IMG/VR virus record: IMGVR_UViG_3300007516_000009
Direction: 5' to 3' (one strand)
Length of the DNA stretch: 64,000 bases
Origin: an uncultured virus (IMG/VR IMGVR_UViG_3300007516_000009)
Taxonomy: Duplodnaviria; Heunggongvirae; Uroviricota; Caudoviricetes
Positions 36,567-46,493 of this stretch are shown in pieces (position 1 is the first letter of the stretch; each line of letters starts with the position of its first letter). The translations under genes and the position numbers were made by a program. The notes beneath the pieces were generated by a model that made no database searches, was not told the DNA's origin, and worked only from the letters and a program-made list of their open reading frames with translations.

Positions 36567-36724
36567 TTAGTCGAACGTGACGGTGGTTCCGAGAGTGCCC
36601 GCGCCCTCCACCACGACATAGAGGCCCACGTGTTAATTGAATATCCTTAAGCTTATCGTTAACTCTAACAAGTTCTTTTTATGTATTTAATAACAAAAGC
36701 AAGGAGTTTTGTTTGCTCAATCAT
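36567..36724 (-). pseudogene. Gene relic: AT-rich N-terminal stub joined to a GC-rich C-terminal stub
   Basis: MIEQTKLLAFVIKYIK, then KELVRVNDKLKDIQLTRGP, then GLYVVVEGAGTLGTTVTFD*, joined by two frame changes. Confidence 0.45.
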
Positions 36725-36797
36725 AATTTTATGTATTGCTATCTATGAATTTCGTCATGCTTTCAATTAGAGCCTTTTCTTCGCTAGACATTGTATC

Positions 36798-38483
36798 TTA
36801 AACGACTGGCACGCCGTGTTCCTCATCTGCTACCTCAGCCATTACAGCAGTCATACGGTCTATAAGTTCTTGTTGATCCTCGTCTATACTAGCTTGTTCC
36901 AAAATGAACATTTCTTCTTTAACCGCGAGTTTTGGAGCTGGTTGTTCTTGCTTTTTAGGCGGAACATCTTCTGCCTGGTCATCCTCAAACTCATCTTTGT
37001 TCTCGTCCTTTTCTTTATCCATCTGCTTTTTCATATTCTTAACTTCATCTTCAGTGAAGCGAAGAATCTTCAACATTATATATTCCTCAGAGAAATATTT
37101 ACCCACGAATCCATCTGCTTCGCCGGCCAACTGAAGCCGTTCCCGAAGCATTTCTGTGTCTTTAAGTTCAGAGAAATGATTATCTTCAATAAAGTCATAG
37201 TATACTTTTTGCTTGATCTCCTTCCAATCTTTTTTCGATAGAACGCCCTTAAGAATAAGTTGAGTTTCAAGAAGATTGTCAAATAGAACAGAAAATCTAG
37301 CACGGAGCCTTTTAATGAATTTACTGAATTTAATTTCATCGCGTGTTATTTCAGTTCCACGACCGATATTAAACTGGTTTTCTGATTCCATACGAGTAAC
37401 AGGCACATTTAGTGACTTATACATTTTACGACGGAAGTAATCAACATCATCCATTTCGCCGAGATTTGCGCCAGATGGAAGTGTAGTGATTTCTGTACCT
37501 CTTCCTCCCTCGCGGCGAGGTAGCCAGAAGTCCTCTAACATAGTCATAAATTTGCGATCATCCCGGATTTCTCCAGTAGTAGCATCATATGTTAGTTTAT
37601 TTTTGTGCTTCACCATCATGTCGCGCATATACTGTTCGGCCTTTGCTTTCGGCAAATTACCAACATCAATATAAAAAATTCTACGCTCTGGTGCTCTGGC
37701 CAAACGATAGATAACGACCGCATCCTCAAGCATCCGAAGCTGATTAAGTGGTTTGATTGCTTTATGTAGATGCGAGTAAATGAGATTGTTTTTTAGATCA
37801 AACACGCCAGAGTGAACATAGCAAATAGAATCCTTAGCAATTTTAAGGCCGTGCGTTGTGTTCTGCGTTGATAATCCAGTTGCGTTATACATGTAGTATT
37901 CATTCACACCAACATAGACCGTGGCTCCAGTTTTCGGGTCTCTTCTTTTAATTGGTTCTTTGATTTTGCGTATTTTACGCGGATCGATATATCTTAGGTC
38001 TTTGATTCCGGCAGATGTATTTTTTTCATCAATAACGATGTGATAGTAAAGCCGACCATCGATGTACCACTTTTTAAAAATATCATAGCAGTTATTATTA
38101 AAGTCCATGATTTCAAGAATCTTTTCGAATTCTTCGCGTATTTTATCTTTGATTGCTTCCGGATATTCTAGTTTGTCGAGAACTATTTTTATAGGACCCT
38201 CGTCTACGCCGACAACAATAGCTTCATTTACAACGTCTTGAATAGCAGCATCACATTCTGCCTGGATCGACATGTCTCTATATCGATTTACAAGCTCGCC
38301 CTCAGTTTTTGATTTGCCTTCAAGATCAACGTACGTCCCATATGCACCGCCCGGTGCAACTTCTATAGAACCATCATCATTCGAGGGTGGAACAATTGAC
38401 GGGAGTAGATCGTCGTTATCCTTTTTGTTTTTCCGAACAACCTCGAAACCAAACATTTCCATTTTATAGTCCTTATAAGCCAA
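36798..38483 (-). CDS. 20: Portal vertex protein gp20
   Basis: WYIDGR, NQLRMLEDAVVIYRLARAPERRIFYIDVGNLPK, EDFWLPRREGGRGTEI.TLP, ITRDE.KF. Confidence 0.99.
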   Translation of the reverse strand: MAYKDYKMEMFGFEVVRKNKKDNDDLLPSIVPPSNDDGSIEVAPGGAYGTYVDLEGKSKTEGELVNRYRDMSIQAECDAAIQDVVNEAIVVGVDEGPIKIVLDKLEYPEAIKDKIREEFEKILEIMDFNNNCYDIFKKWYIDGRLYYHIVIDEKNTSAGIKDLRYIDPRKIRKIKEPIKRRDPKTGATVYVGVNEYYMYNATGLSTQNTTHGLKIAKDSICYVHSGVFDLKNNLIYSHLHKAIKPLNQLRMLEDAVVIYRLARAPERRIFYIDVGNLPKAKAEQYMRDMMVKHKNKLTYDATTGEIRDDRKFMTMLEDFWLPRREGGRGTEITTLPSGANLGEMDDVDYFRRKMYKSLNVPVTRMESENQFNIGRGTEITRDEIKFSKFIKRLRARFSVLFDNLLETQLILKGVLSKKDWKEIKQKVYYDFIEDNHFSELKDTEMLRERLQLAGEADGFVGKYFSEEYIMLKILRFTEDEVKNMKKQMDKEKDENKDEFEDDQAEDVPPKKQEQPAPKLAVKEEMFILEQASIDEDQQELIDRMTAVMAEVADEEHGVPVV

Positions 38484-38512
38484 TTACATGTATTTATAAT
38501 ACTATTACCAAC

Positions 38513-38536
38513 AAAAAAGGGGGCCGAAGCCCCCTC
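38513..38536 (-). terminator. Rho-independent terminator after gp19
   Basis: AGGGGGC-TTCG-GCCCCCT followed by a T-run. Confidence 0.88.
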
Positions 38537-38556
38537 GTTCATGCATAGAAAGTATA

Positions 38557-39108
38557 TTAGAAGTTTATACCGACCGAGAATTGGTTGCTATTATCAACTG
38601 TGAAATAGTCGTATGTGAATACTGTTGAGTATTCTTCAATCTGATCTCCATTGTTCCAGTCAAGATCAATCGCTGCGATATTTACTGGAAACATACCAAC
38701 GAATGTATATTCGCGAAGAATATTGCCCTGCTTACCGTAATGAATTACTGATGCCTGTGACTTATATGCTTCTGGACTAGCGCCAGTAAGTCTGAGGTTG
38801 CCCTTAGTACTATTGATATTCTGAACCCATTCTTCTAGCGTACTACGAATAGAAAAGTCTTCATCGTTGATGATAGTGACTTGCCAATCTTCGAATACTC
38901 TATTTCCGGCAAATTTGATTGGCCGACCGAAATAACTTACTGAAATTGGGGTAATCGAGGTGGCGGGAATCTGTGAAGCTCGGCACATAAACCTGACCTT
39001 ATCGTCAGCAGACGAATTGAACGGATTAGTTAGATTTACTTCAAATAGTGACGGCCGAGCGCCACCACCAGTCATCTGACCTTGGAATTCATTTATGTTA
39101 AATGGCAT
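38557..39108 (-). CDS. 19: Tail tube protein gp19
   Basis: GGARPSLFEV, FGR.IKFAG.R.F..W.VTIINDEDF, FP..I.AI.L.W, IEE. Confidence 0.96.
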   Translation of the reverse strand: MPFNINEFQGQMTGGGARPSLFEVNLTNPFNSSADDKVRFMCRASQIPATSITPISVSYFGRPIKFAGNRVFEDWQVTIINDEDFSIRSTLEEWVQNINSTKGNLRLTGASPEAYKSQASVIHYGKQGNILREYTFVGMFPVNIAAIDLDWNNGDQIEEYSTVFTYDYFTVDNSNQFSVGINF

Positions 39109-39132
39109 TTAAATTTTCTCCTAGTTTAAAAC

Positions 39133-41103
39133 TTAAAAGTTTCCGACAATTTCGTCAAATTCTACACCAGAACGAACCGCGACAAAGTTCAGTTGGATAA
39201 AATTGATACTTCTTGCTGGCTTAATGTAGATATCACCAACAAATTCGTTACGGTCGATCACTTCGGCTGTGTTATTAGTTTCATTGCAGATTACACGGAA
39301 ATCAACAACACCGCGACGGCCCTGAACATCTCGTAGGAATGGTTCCACGAGATTTTTGAACTGCGAGCGAGTAAACGCATCGTTAAATTCGAACAGAGTG
39401 AATTTAGATGCTGTCGCTATTGCCTTTTCAAGTACAATAAACAAGCGACGAACATTAATTCTATCGAAGGCACTTGGCTTTGACAGCATGGTTTTGTCGC
39501 CGAACAGTACAGTTCCCTGACCCGGGAATGTAACTACTGGGTTCACACCGGCTTTATAAAGCAGATCGCGTTCTGATTTCTTTGGGTTATAAGAAAGTTT
39601 TACAACGTTCTTAATATTACCGCGGTTGAAGCCAGCAGGCGAGAACCAAGGATCGCGAACCGTATCGGTACGAACCATAAGTCCGGCAGTATCGCCGTTC
39701 ATTGGCACATAACGATATACGTCATTGTATTTGTCGTACTGGTATTTCCAACCACTATCCATGACTGCATATGAGCTTGATGGTAGTGTGTTGCGGAAAG
39801 CGATAACGTCTTCTGCTTCTTTGCCCGCATATGTTGAGTTATTCACAACATCAGCATTTTCCGGCGATAGGCAAACGATACTGTCAAGTCGCGTTTCGCA
39901 GATGTTGTTGATGATATGAGTAAGAACAGTTGAGTTATTATCTCCGCCAAGAATAAGTGAAACATCCACATCTTCGGCAGATTGGAAGAAGTTATATCCA
40001 GTGACAATCTGTGCGTTCGTCGGTGCGGCACCATCTGATCCACCAGACAATGATACTGACTGAGCCTTATCGCTTGTAACCGAATATGTTACAGATGAAA
40101 GGCCGCCGGCGGCAGTCATAACATCGACATGAGAAGCCCACCAAACCCAAGGCGACCGCTGATTAAGAACCTCTTTGTAATAGATAGCGGATCCATCAGT
40201 TGCTTTTGCGTCCGTCGCCCGCGATAGTGAAGGGTACCGCTCAAGAACTTGCTTAACCGTTCCAGTGATACTACCGTCTTCATCAATTACTGCTACATGA
40301 AGCTCATCGTTTGCTCCGCCCTTGCCAGTCGCGAAAGTTGATGTTCCCGGCGCAGAATCAAACAGGTTGAAATATTCCCAGCGACGACTGACTGCGGCCG
40401 ATTTAACATATGAAGTGTCGTTTGTTGTGCTGAGTTGTGTCTGTGTTGGTGCAGTCTCTACAACGATTGCAGTCGTATTTACAGATGCAACCTTTAGACC
40501 GTCACCAAGATTAATAGCTGATGTCTGAAGAAACAGAATATCGCCAACAGCAATAACCCCAGTTAGATTAATTGCTGCACCCGACGTAAGCAACACGTCC
40601 GTGTTGGCGCCTTTCGTGAGAACAGTTGTGCTTCCGGCTTGAAATACTAGGTTAGCAGTTGCAGTTGACGACCAAGCATTTGCTGATTGACAGACAGAAA
40701 TTTTAAGTGAGTTACCGAGCGCGCCGGGATATTTTGCTACCCAGTCGCCAGAGTTGGTAACACCAGAAGAATAGTTATTCTCATAATCGCTACTGTTTTT
40801 TACCAGCGTATTACTCCATGCATTACCATTAGCATTGTTTGCGCTATTCAATACACGAGACACAAACAGTGCATTTCCATACGCAAGGAAATTCGCAGCC
40901 GTGAACCATTCTTGGTAGTTATCAGAGTCTGGCTTTCCGAGATTATCGCGTAGAGTATCTTCTGAGTCTACGAAGACGCGCTGGTCGGCTGGGCCCCAAT
41001 TGAATCGCCCTGCGATAGCACCAACTGTTGTAGAAACGGCCGGAATTACTGTGGTTAGATCAATTTCGCTTACATTAACGCCTGGTGAAACTTGAAAGGA
41101 CAT
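39133..41103 (-). CDS. 18: Tail sheath protein gp18
   Basis: FQVSPGV, PWFSPAG.NRG, GDKT, AFDRINVRRLF, FEFND, KPARSINFI.LNF. Confidence 0.98.
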   Translation of the reverse strand: MSFQVSPGVNVSEIDLTTVIPAVSTTVGAIAGRFNWGPADQRVFVDSEDTLRDNLGKPDSDNYQEWFTAANFLAYGNALFVSRVLNSANNANGNAWSNTLVKNSSDYENNYSSGVTNSGDWVAKYPGALGNSLKISVCQSANAWSSTATANLVFQAGSTTVLTKGANTDVLLTSGAAINLTGVIAVGDILFLQTSAINLGDGLKVASVNTTAIVVETAPTQTQLSTTNDTSYVKSAAVSRRWEYFNLFDSAPGTSTFATGKGGANDELHVAVIDEDGSITGTVKQVLERYPSLSRATDAKATDGSAIYYKEVLNQRSPWVWWASHVDVMTAAGGLSSVTYSVTSDKAQSVSLSGGSDGAAPTNAQIVTGYNFFQSAEDVDVSLILGGDNNSTVLTHIINNICETRLDSIVCLSPENADVVNNSTYAGKEAEDVIAFRNTLPSSSYAVMDSGWKYQYDKYNDVYRYVPMNGDTAGLMVRTDTVRDPWFSPAGFNRGNIKNVVKLSYNPKKSERDLLYKAGVNPVVTFPGQGTVLFGDKTMLSKPSAFDRINVRRLFIVLEKAIATASKFTLFEFNDAFTRSQFKNLVEPFLRDVQGRRGVVDFRVICNETNNTAEVIDRNEFVGDIYIKPARSINFIQLNFVAVRSGVEFDEIVGNF

Positions 41104-41172
41104 TTTCTTCTCCTCATTGTCTTGGGTGTTTATTTAAAACAATTATTATGATTATTTATAAAAATACTGTTT

Positions 41173-42819
41173 TTACCAGCCCGTCCATTTGTTGTTTGTA
41201 TCACCCCAGAAATCAGGAGAACCACTACTAGTTGTAACTTCTAAATCCTCGTTCCCACCATCGTCGATGAATCCAAAGGGAAGAATATCGTCGAATAATA
41301 ATCTCTCTCTGTCTTCCATGAGTTTAGCTCTAATATCTATATTTGTTAGGTCTTTGAAGAATTGCTGTCCGGTGGCCCACGCGAATAACACTGTACACAT
41401 AACCAAATCGTCGTGATCACCAGAGGTTGCTTCATACGATGCTCCTTTTTTAACAAAGCATGAAAATTCATATATCAAGTCATAGTCCCAGAAAATAAGC
41501 TGATCGTTCTCGATCATAGTTTTAACATTCGAGCAACCAATTGATTTAACCGGTTTTGTTGTTCGAACACCTCGCTGAGTCGATGTTCCATATCCACCGC
41601 CGATTACTTGTCCAGCCCGGCCCTTTATTGAGGTAAATACTACATTTTCGTATTCATAATCATAGAATAATAAATCAGCAACCTGCTGTCCAATATCATT
41701 AATTTCAACCAGTGTGTGTGCGTTATTATATTGTTTCGCTACCGTATAGATTACTTCTGGATAAACTAGTGGATCAATGATATTTGATTTATATGTGGCG
41801 ACTATCTTATACGGGACAGACGAAACATCAAACACACAGAAAGCAGAATAATCAATGCCCTTACCGCGAGAAGTATCAACAGTCATAAAATATTCTCTGC
41901 CGGGTTGTTTATGTTCGAATATACGCAAACATCCAGCGTAATGAGTTTCGATTGGATCCTTCATTGCGAGACGCTGGAGTACATATCCAGGCAACAAAGT
42001 ATTCGTCGAACCGAGAAACTCAGTACCAAACTCTTCGCGGAACTGTTCTTCGCCGATATTAGAAATCGTTTCTTTGCGCCATTCTTCATCTCTACCGGGT
42101 ACATCATCCCACTCAACTTGAACTCTTTTAAACGAGTTTTTGTTGGCTATAGATTCGGTCCAAAGCTTATAGAACAAATCGAATCCGTTTGGAGTCGATG
42201 TAATAACTAATCTTGATGTCTTGGCGCTTGTAATAGTTGGATAAGTAGACTTGAAAAAATCATCTTGAATATTTTTATGCACGAAACAGAACTCGTCAAG
42301 ATAAAGCAGTGCGACTGCTTTACCGCGACCGCCGGTGCTACTCGTTGAATCCGCTACAATTCTCGAGCCGTTCTCGTATTCAATATCGCCCTTATTCCAA
42401 GTCACCACCCCCTGTTGGAGCCATCCGGGTAACAACTCGAATGCTTTTTTGATACGGTCCAAAATCTCGCGAGCTTGTGATGCTTTGTTAGCAAGAATAG
42501 CGATTAGCTTATTATCATTAAATAGCGAATAGTGGAGAAGAAACCCAGCGATACCCTGTGTTTTTCCAGACTGTCTTGGGGCCTTGATAATGGTGAACCG
42601 GCCAGATTCAATTGTATTAATCATTTCTTCTTGGTATGGCCAGAGCTCAAACGGAACTATGCCCTCGTCGATAGTTACGATTTTCACATAAGTTTTAATA
42701 AAATAAATAGGATCTGCTGAACATTTTATATATTCGGCAACTTGTTCTTCTGTAAACTCCTGTGAGATACCCCGACGTTTAATATTTTCATTACCGTGAT
42801 AATATTCATTATCCATCAT
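41173..42819 (-). CDS. 17: Terminase large subunit gp17
   Basis: PRQSGKT, ILANK, LYLDEF, ITSTPNG, DTSRG.G.DYS, HDDLVM. Confidence 0.98.
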   Translation of the reverse strand: MMDNEYYHGNENIKRRGISQEFTEEQVAEYIKCSADPIYFIKTYVKIVTIDEGIVPFELWPYQEEMINTIESGRFTIIKAPRQSGKTQGIAGFLLHYSLFNDNKLIAILANKASQAREILDRIKKAFELLPGWLQQGVVTWNKGDIEYENGSRIVADSTSSTGGRGKAVALLYLDEFCFVHKNIQDDFFKSTYPTITSAKTSRLVITSTPNGFDLFYKLWTESIANKNSFKRVQVEWDDVPGRDEEWRKETISNIGEEQFREEFGTEFLGSTNTLLPGYVLQRLAMKDPIETHYAGCLRIFEHKQPGREYFMTVDTSRGKGIDYSAFCVFDVSSVPYKIVATYKSNIIDPLVYPEVIYTVAKQYNNAHTLVEINDIGQQVADLLFYDYEYENVVFTSIKGRAGQVIGGGYGTSTQRGVRTTKPVKSIGCSNVKTMIENDQLIFWDYDLIYEFSCFVKKGASYEATSGDHDDLVMCTVLFAWATGQQFFKDLTNIDIRAKLMEDRERLLFDDILPFGFIDDGGNEDLEVTTSSGSPDFWGDTNNKWTGW

Positions 42820-42828
42820 TTTTTATTC

Positions 42829-42902
42829 TTTTTCCTATTGACTTTATACCCAAACCGGTTATAATAGGCCTTGCCGCCTTTGAATAACATATTAAGTGGT
42901 TT
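42829..42902 (+). repeat. Copy A of the 74-bp promoter element, antisense to gp16
   Basis: 73/74 identical to 61206-61279; TTGACT-16 bp-TATAAT. Confidence 0.92.
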
Positions 42903-43320
42903 GTTTAAGTTGGTTTAAAGCCTTCTGTAAATCAGCAGTACTTCCAATAAACATTGTGTTATTCACTACATCAGGATTAGGTTTCTTCTCAGTACCTTTA
43001 AGTTCTTTTAGTTGTTTTTGAAGAACAAGCAGAGATTGGTTAGCATCAACTACAGTTTTAATCAGGGTTGAAAGAACTTCATATGCTCTTGGAGATTCAG
43101 AAATAGATGCTATATCAGCCATATTATTAATTGCACCTTGGGCGGTATCAATAATATCTGTTAAGTTTTTTCTAGCATAAGCATAATCATCGGCAATATC
43201 ATCATTCGTAGTTTCTGGTTTTTCTACTACTGGGTTTGAGTTGGAAATTATTTCAGCCATTGGAGTAGTTTCTGATAAATTCAAAATTTTCTCCATATTT
43301 TTTTCAAGGTTTGTTTTCAT
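42892..43320 (-). CDS. 16: Terminase small subunit gp16
   Basis: DY.YAR.NL, SPRAYEV..L.K, NN..FIGST.DLQK. Confidence 0.95.
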   Translation of the reverse strand: MKTNLEKNMEKILNLSETTPMAEIISNSNPVVEKPETTNDDIADDYAYARKNLTDIIDTAQGAINNMADIASISESPRAYEVLSTLIKTVVDANQSLLVLQKQLKELKGTEKKPNPDVVNNTMFIGSTADLQKALNQLKQTT

Positions 43321-44159
43321 TATCCATTTATACCTATACTATAACTATCACTATCAATATCAACCGAGAACCCATAATCACTATTTGAACTAATCGAGTT
43401 AATATTTACCGATAGTGATGAGTTTGCAGATGGACTAAATAGCGGTGAACCATTTGCATATTGAGCGGGCGTGACAGTAATCCGCTCAAGTATAGGAGTT
43501 CCAGATGCCGAGTCGTCATGAATATTCGTAATTGCTCTTTTAATAACCCCAGAAGTAGATGTTGGACCGTAAAAATATGCTTTCATAATAAAATCTAAAC
43601 TGTAAACCAGGGATCGGCGCGTATCAAAGTCGCCTTCATATGCATCTTCTAGTGAAACATTCTGCAATACTATAGGAATATCAGCGGCAATTCCCATCTC
43701 TGGTACTAGAATAATGTTAGTAGTGAACTCTGGTCTGAAATACGGAAGAATCTGTTCAAGTATTTGAGCACCATCGTCAGCATTTTTAACAAAAATTGAC
43801 ATATTGAACGTTAAATCATACGGAACCGGAACATAATTAGTCTTTAGTCTATCTGTATCAGTACTTAAAAGCTGTATGTTTTTGAGTGTTGATGATAATT
43901 TTCTAGTAGGTGTGTAAACCATACTAGTCATTTCAAACCCAATTCTCGGGATAGTTATTGCGACCTTCTTTTCTAAATTTGGATCTTCTTTAATGCGCGC
44001 CAACCACTTCTGTTTTGGTCCATAACCAAGCGGAACCGCTATCGACTGAATGCGTACTCCATCGGCATCTACTCTTTGCACTACTATATCGTTAAACAGA
44101 TTACCAAACCCAATAACCAGCTTACGTATTGTGCCATTATAATATGCTACGCCAAACAT
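43320..44159 (-). CDS. 15: Tail sheath stabiliser gp15
   Basis: FG.LFNDI, VPL.YGPKQK, PR..FE, PVPY, QILEQILPYF.P, YFYGP. Confidence 0.96.
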   Translation of the reverse strand: MFGVAYYNGTIRKLVIGFGNLFNDIVVQRVDADGVRIQSIAVPLGYGPKQKWLARIKEDPNLEKKVAITIPRIGFEMTSMVYTPTRKLSSTLKNIQLLSTDTDRLKTNYVPVPYDLTFNMSIFVKNADDGAQILEQILPYFRPEFTTNIILVPEMGIAADIPIVLQNVSLEDAYEGDFDTRRSLVYSLDFIMKAYFYGPTSTSGVIKRAITNIHDDSASGTPILERITVTPAQYANGSPLFSPSANSSLSVNINSISSNSDYGFSVDIDSDSYSIGING

Positions 44160-45706
44160 TAGTACCTATCCCCATCCGTCTCAGAGAACGGATTTCCTTC
44201 AGACCAGTCAAAAATTGTATGATCACCAAAAATCGGATCATTTGATTGGAAATACTCATTATTTGCTGCTGGTTGAACATCTTCAATTCTATATTCTTGC
44301 ATCAAACTTTTACCATCTTCATTAAGCAATTTAAATCCATCTTCCTGTAGTAATTCGTAGAAAAGAATATCCGTAGAATAAGTATCCTCGATGAGATCAA
44401 TGTCTGTATTACCAGTATTAAATCGCTCGTTGTTATACTCAAACAATTCACATCGAATATCATACGTCTGTAACCGGCCGGTCTGATAAAAAATCTGTTC
44501 ATGCTCGACGAACTTAATTTCAAAAATTTCATCCACAAGTGGAAAATAAATGAGATCGCCCTCTGTTGGCCGATTTGATGTAATAGCATAACCTTCGCTT
44601 GTACCAACTTCTAACACAATAGAGTCACCGACATACGTAGTCGAAATTCGCTCACTACTAGTACTATTCGAAACCGGAATGAACTCACTGGCTGCGAGCG
44701 CCATATCGGAGATACGCACGTCGGACAGAATGCCATTGTAGAACCCGAATGCGCCGTTATTGATCGAGCCGATCCACAGGTTGGTTGCCGGATCGTCGTA
44801 TCCGGCAACGCGGCTACCGACGAACGTGTTGGCTACCAGGATCTGATCGACATAGAGGCGCATTTCGTTGCTCGCGCCGGTGTCGTCGAACACCGCAGCG
44901 ATATGCTGAAATTTGCCGTTGACGATCTGGCCCGCTGATGACGTAAGGTCCAATGTTGAGGCATCGTCGAAATACATGTGGAAGTTAAGGCTGCCATCGC
45001 CGTTTATGTTCAGAAAATAGGAATCCTGGCTGCCGAGCGGGCCGCCCATGAACAGCGCAAAGGCGCCAACACCCTCGTGGATGAGTCCGGCTTCGACTGT
45101 GAAACTTCTGCTCAATTCCAGCGGACCGCCGGCCGTGCTGGGAATGAGAACGTTCTGGTTCGTCCCGTTAAAGCTGAGCCCCTGGGTGCCGTAACCGGAT
45201 TGGACGGCGACGACATATACAGGCCCGTTAAAGGCGGTGCCGTTGTTTGTACCCGCGGAATCCGTGATGGTTACTGCCGGCTGGCCGACAGTCCCGTCCT
45301 CGAATGTCCAGTGAGCGACCGGCGAAGCGGCGACGGCCGAGACCGTGGCAGTTTCAAGCAAATAGTTATAGCCAACCTCGGTTGTTAACTTTTCAGATGT
45401 AGCTTGGTCGAATCTTTTACGGGCAACCGTGAACGTAATTTGGTCTCGAATTTCAAGATTGAATTTTGAGAGGAAATCGCCCTCGCCCGAGAACCCTTCA
45501 ACATCTTTAATATAGACTTCGATCTCGGCCGCTTTATCATAGCTGGTTAATATATCCTCACCGAATAATGGATCATCTCGCACTATAGTTTTAGGCATAT
45601 ATCTTATAGAATGCCCATATTGCTTTATTGACTCAATAGTTATATCTTCTATTAAATCTTGTTCTCGTCCATATGAGAAATTGTTGAAATATTTATTGGT
45701 TGGCAC
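44159..45706 (-). CDS. 14: Neck protein gp14 with an inserted LamG-like domain
   Basis: gp14 N-part (EQDLIED..IESI..YG, GF.G.GDFLSKF) and C-part (RP.EGDLIYFP, FEIKFVEHE, CELFEY, NPF) interrupted by a GC-rich insert at about 44680-45350. Confidence 0.92.
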   Translation of the reverse strand: MPTNKYFNNFSYGREQDLIEDITIESIKQYGHSIRYMPKTIVRDDPLFGEDILTSYDKAAEIEVYIKDVEGFSGEGDFLSKFNLEIRDQITFTVARKRFDQATSEKLTTEVGYNYLLETATVSAVAASPVAHWTFEDGTVGQPAVTITDSAGTNNGTAFNGPVYVVAVQSGYGTQGLSFNGTNQNVLIPSTAGGPLELSRSFTVEAGLIHEGVGAFALFMGGPLGSQDSYFLNINGDGSLNFHMYFDDASTLDLTSSAGQIVNGKFQHIAAVFDDTGASNEMRLYVDQILVANTFVGSRVAGYDDPATNLWIGSINNGAFGFYNGILSDVRISDMALAASEFIPVSNSTSSERISTTYVGDSIVLEVGTSEGYAITSNRPTEGDLIYFPLVDEIFEIKFVEHEQIFYQTGRLQTYDIRCELFEYNNERFNTGNTDIDLIEDTYSTDILFYELLQEDGFKLLNEDGKSLMQEYRIEDVQPAANNEYFQSNDPIFGDHTIFDWSEGNPFSETDGDRY

Positions 45707-45709
45707 ATT

Positions 45710-46453
45710 CTATCCTATCATATCAGTAACGGGTAGAGAATATGAGAAGATCATTTCTTCTTCTAGTTTAGCAATTTCTGTTTCTGCGTCATCATAAATT
45801 TTTTGTCCATTGAATGTTATGCCGCCCGGCAGCTGTAGGCCTTCGAACTTACTAAGATTACTTCCCCACTGACGCTTAATTAGTGCAGTTGTGTATCTTG
45901 TAAGCCAGCGATCACCCCAAACATCAGTGTATACTTCTGGATCAGTGATGCTATAGCAATCGACAATTATGTAGTGTCCGTTCTCTACGTCATCTGTCCA
46001 ATCCATATCAATATGTAATTTATTTACATGGCGGTTATATCGAATTTGTTTCTTACCCACGAAAATTTCTTGCATAGTCTCGATGTGTCGCATCGCCATG
46101 ACATATGGTGCCATGGACGAAGCAGACACATCAAACATATCGTTCATATGCATCTGATATCGGACACTAAATAGACTGTTAACTGATGTCTGAGAACCAA
46201 TATCGAGTATACTATTAATACCAATAATAGCCTCTGGAATCGTGATATACTTGTTATCTTTATCCGTTTGCGTGACTACATGTTTATAAAAAACACGTTC
46301 AGTACCATCGAAATGATAATCTTGATAATATTTCAGCGCCTCGTCGATGCGATCCTCGACTTGTTCATCATCGACATTTATATCAATAACCGGCGATCCG
46401 AGCCTACGCAGACAATATGCTTTAAAAGATTCTCTTGTATTCGGGACGGCCAT
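45710..46453 (-). CDS. 13: Neck protein gp13
   Basis: YCLRRLG.PVIDINV, YHFDG, KRQWG.NL.KF.G.QLPGG. Confidence 0.96.
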   Translation of the reverse strand: MAVPNTRESFKAYCLRRLGSPVIDINVDDEQVEDRIDEALKYYQDYHFDGTERVFYKHVVTQTDKDNKYITIPEAIIGINSILDIGSQTSVNSLFSVRYQMHMNDMFDVSASSMAPYVMAMRHIETMQEIFVGKKQIRYNRHVNKLHIDMDWTDDVENGHYIIVDCYSITDPEVYTDVWGDRWLTRYTTALIKRQWGSNLSKFEGLQLPGGITFNGQKIYDDAETEIAKLEEEMIFSYSLPVTDMIG

Positions 46454-46493
46454 TTAAATACTCCATTTTTTATATTTATAATACTGGAATAAA

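Noticed and set aside
7538..42819. Inteins or group I introns in gp43, gp46, uvsW, gp20 or gp17
   Set aside because: Lengths are typical and motifs contiguous; no splice-junction or homing-endonuclease signatures seen.
44680..45350. gp14 insert as an intein
   Set aside because: No Cys/Ser...His-Asn ends; the motifs fit a LamG-like beta-sandwich.
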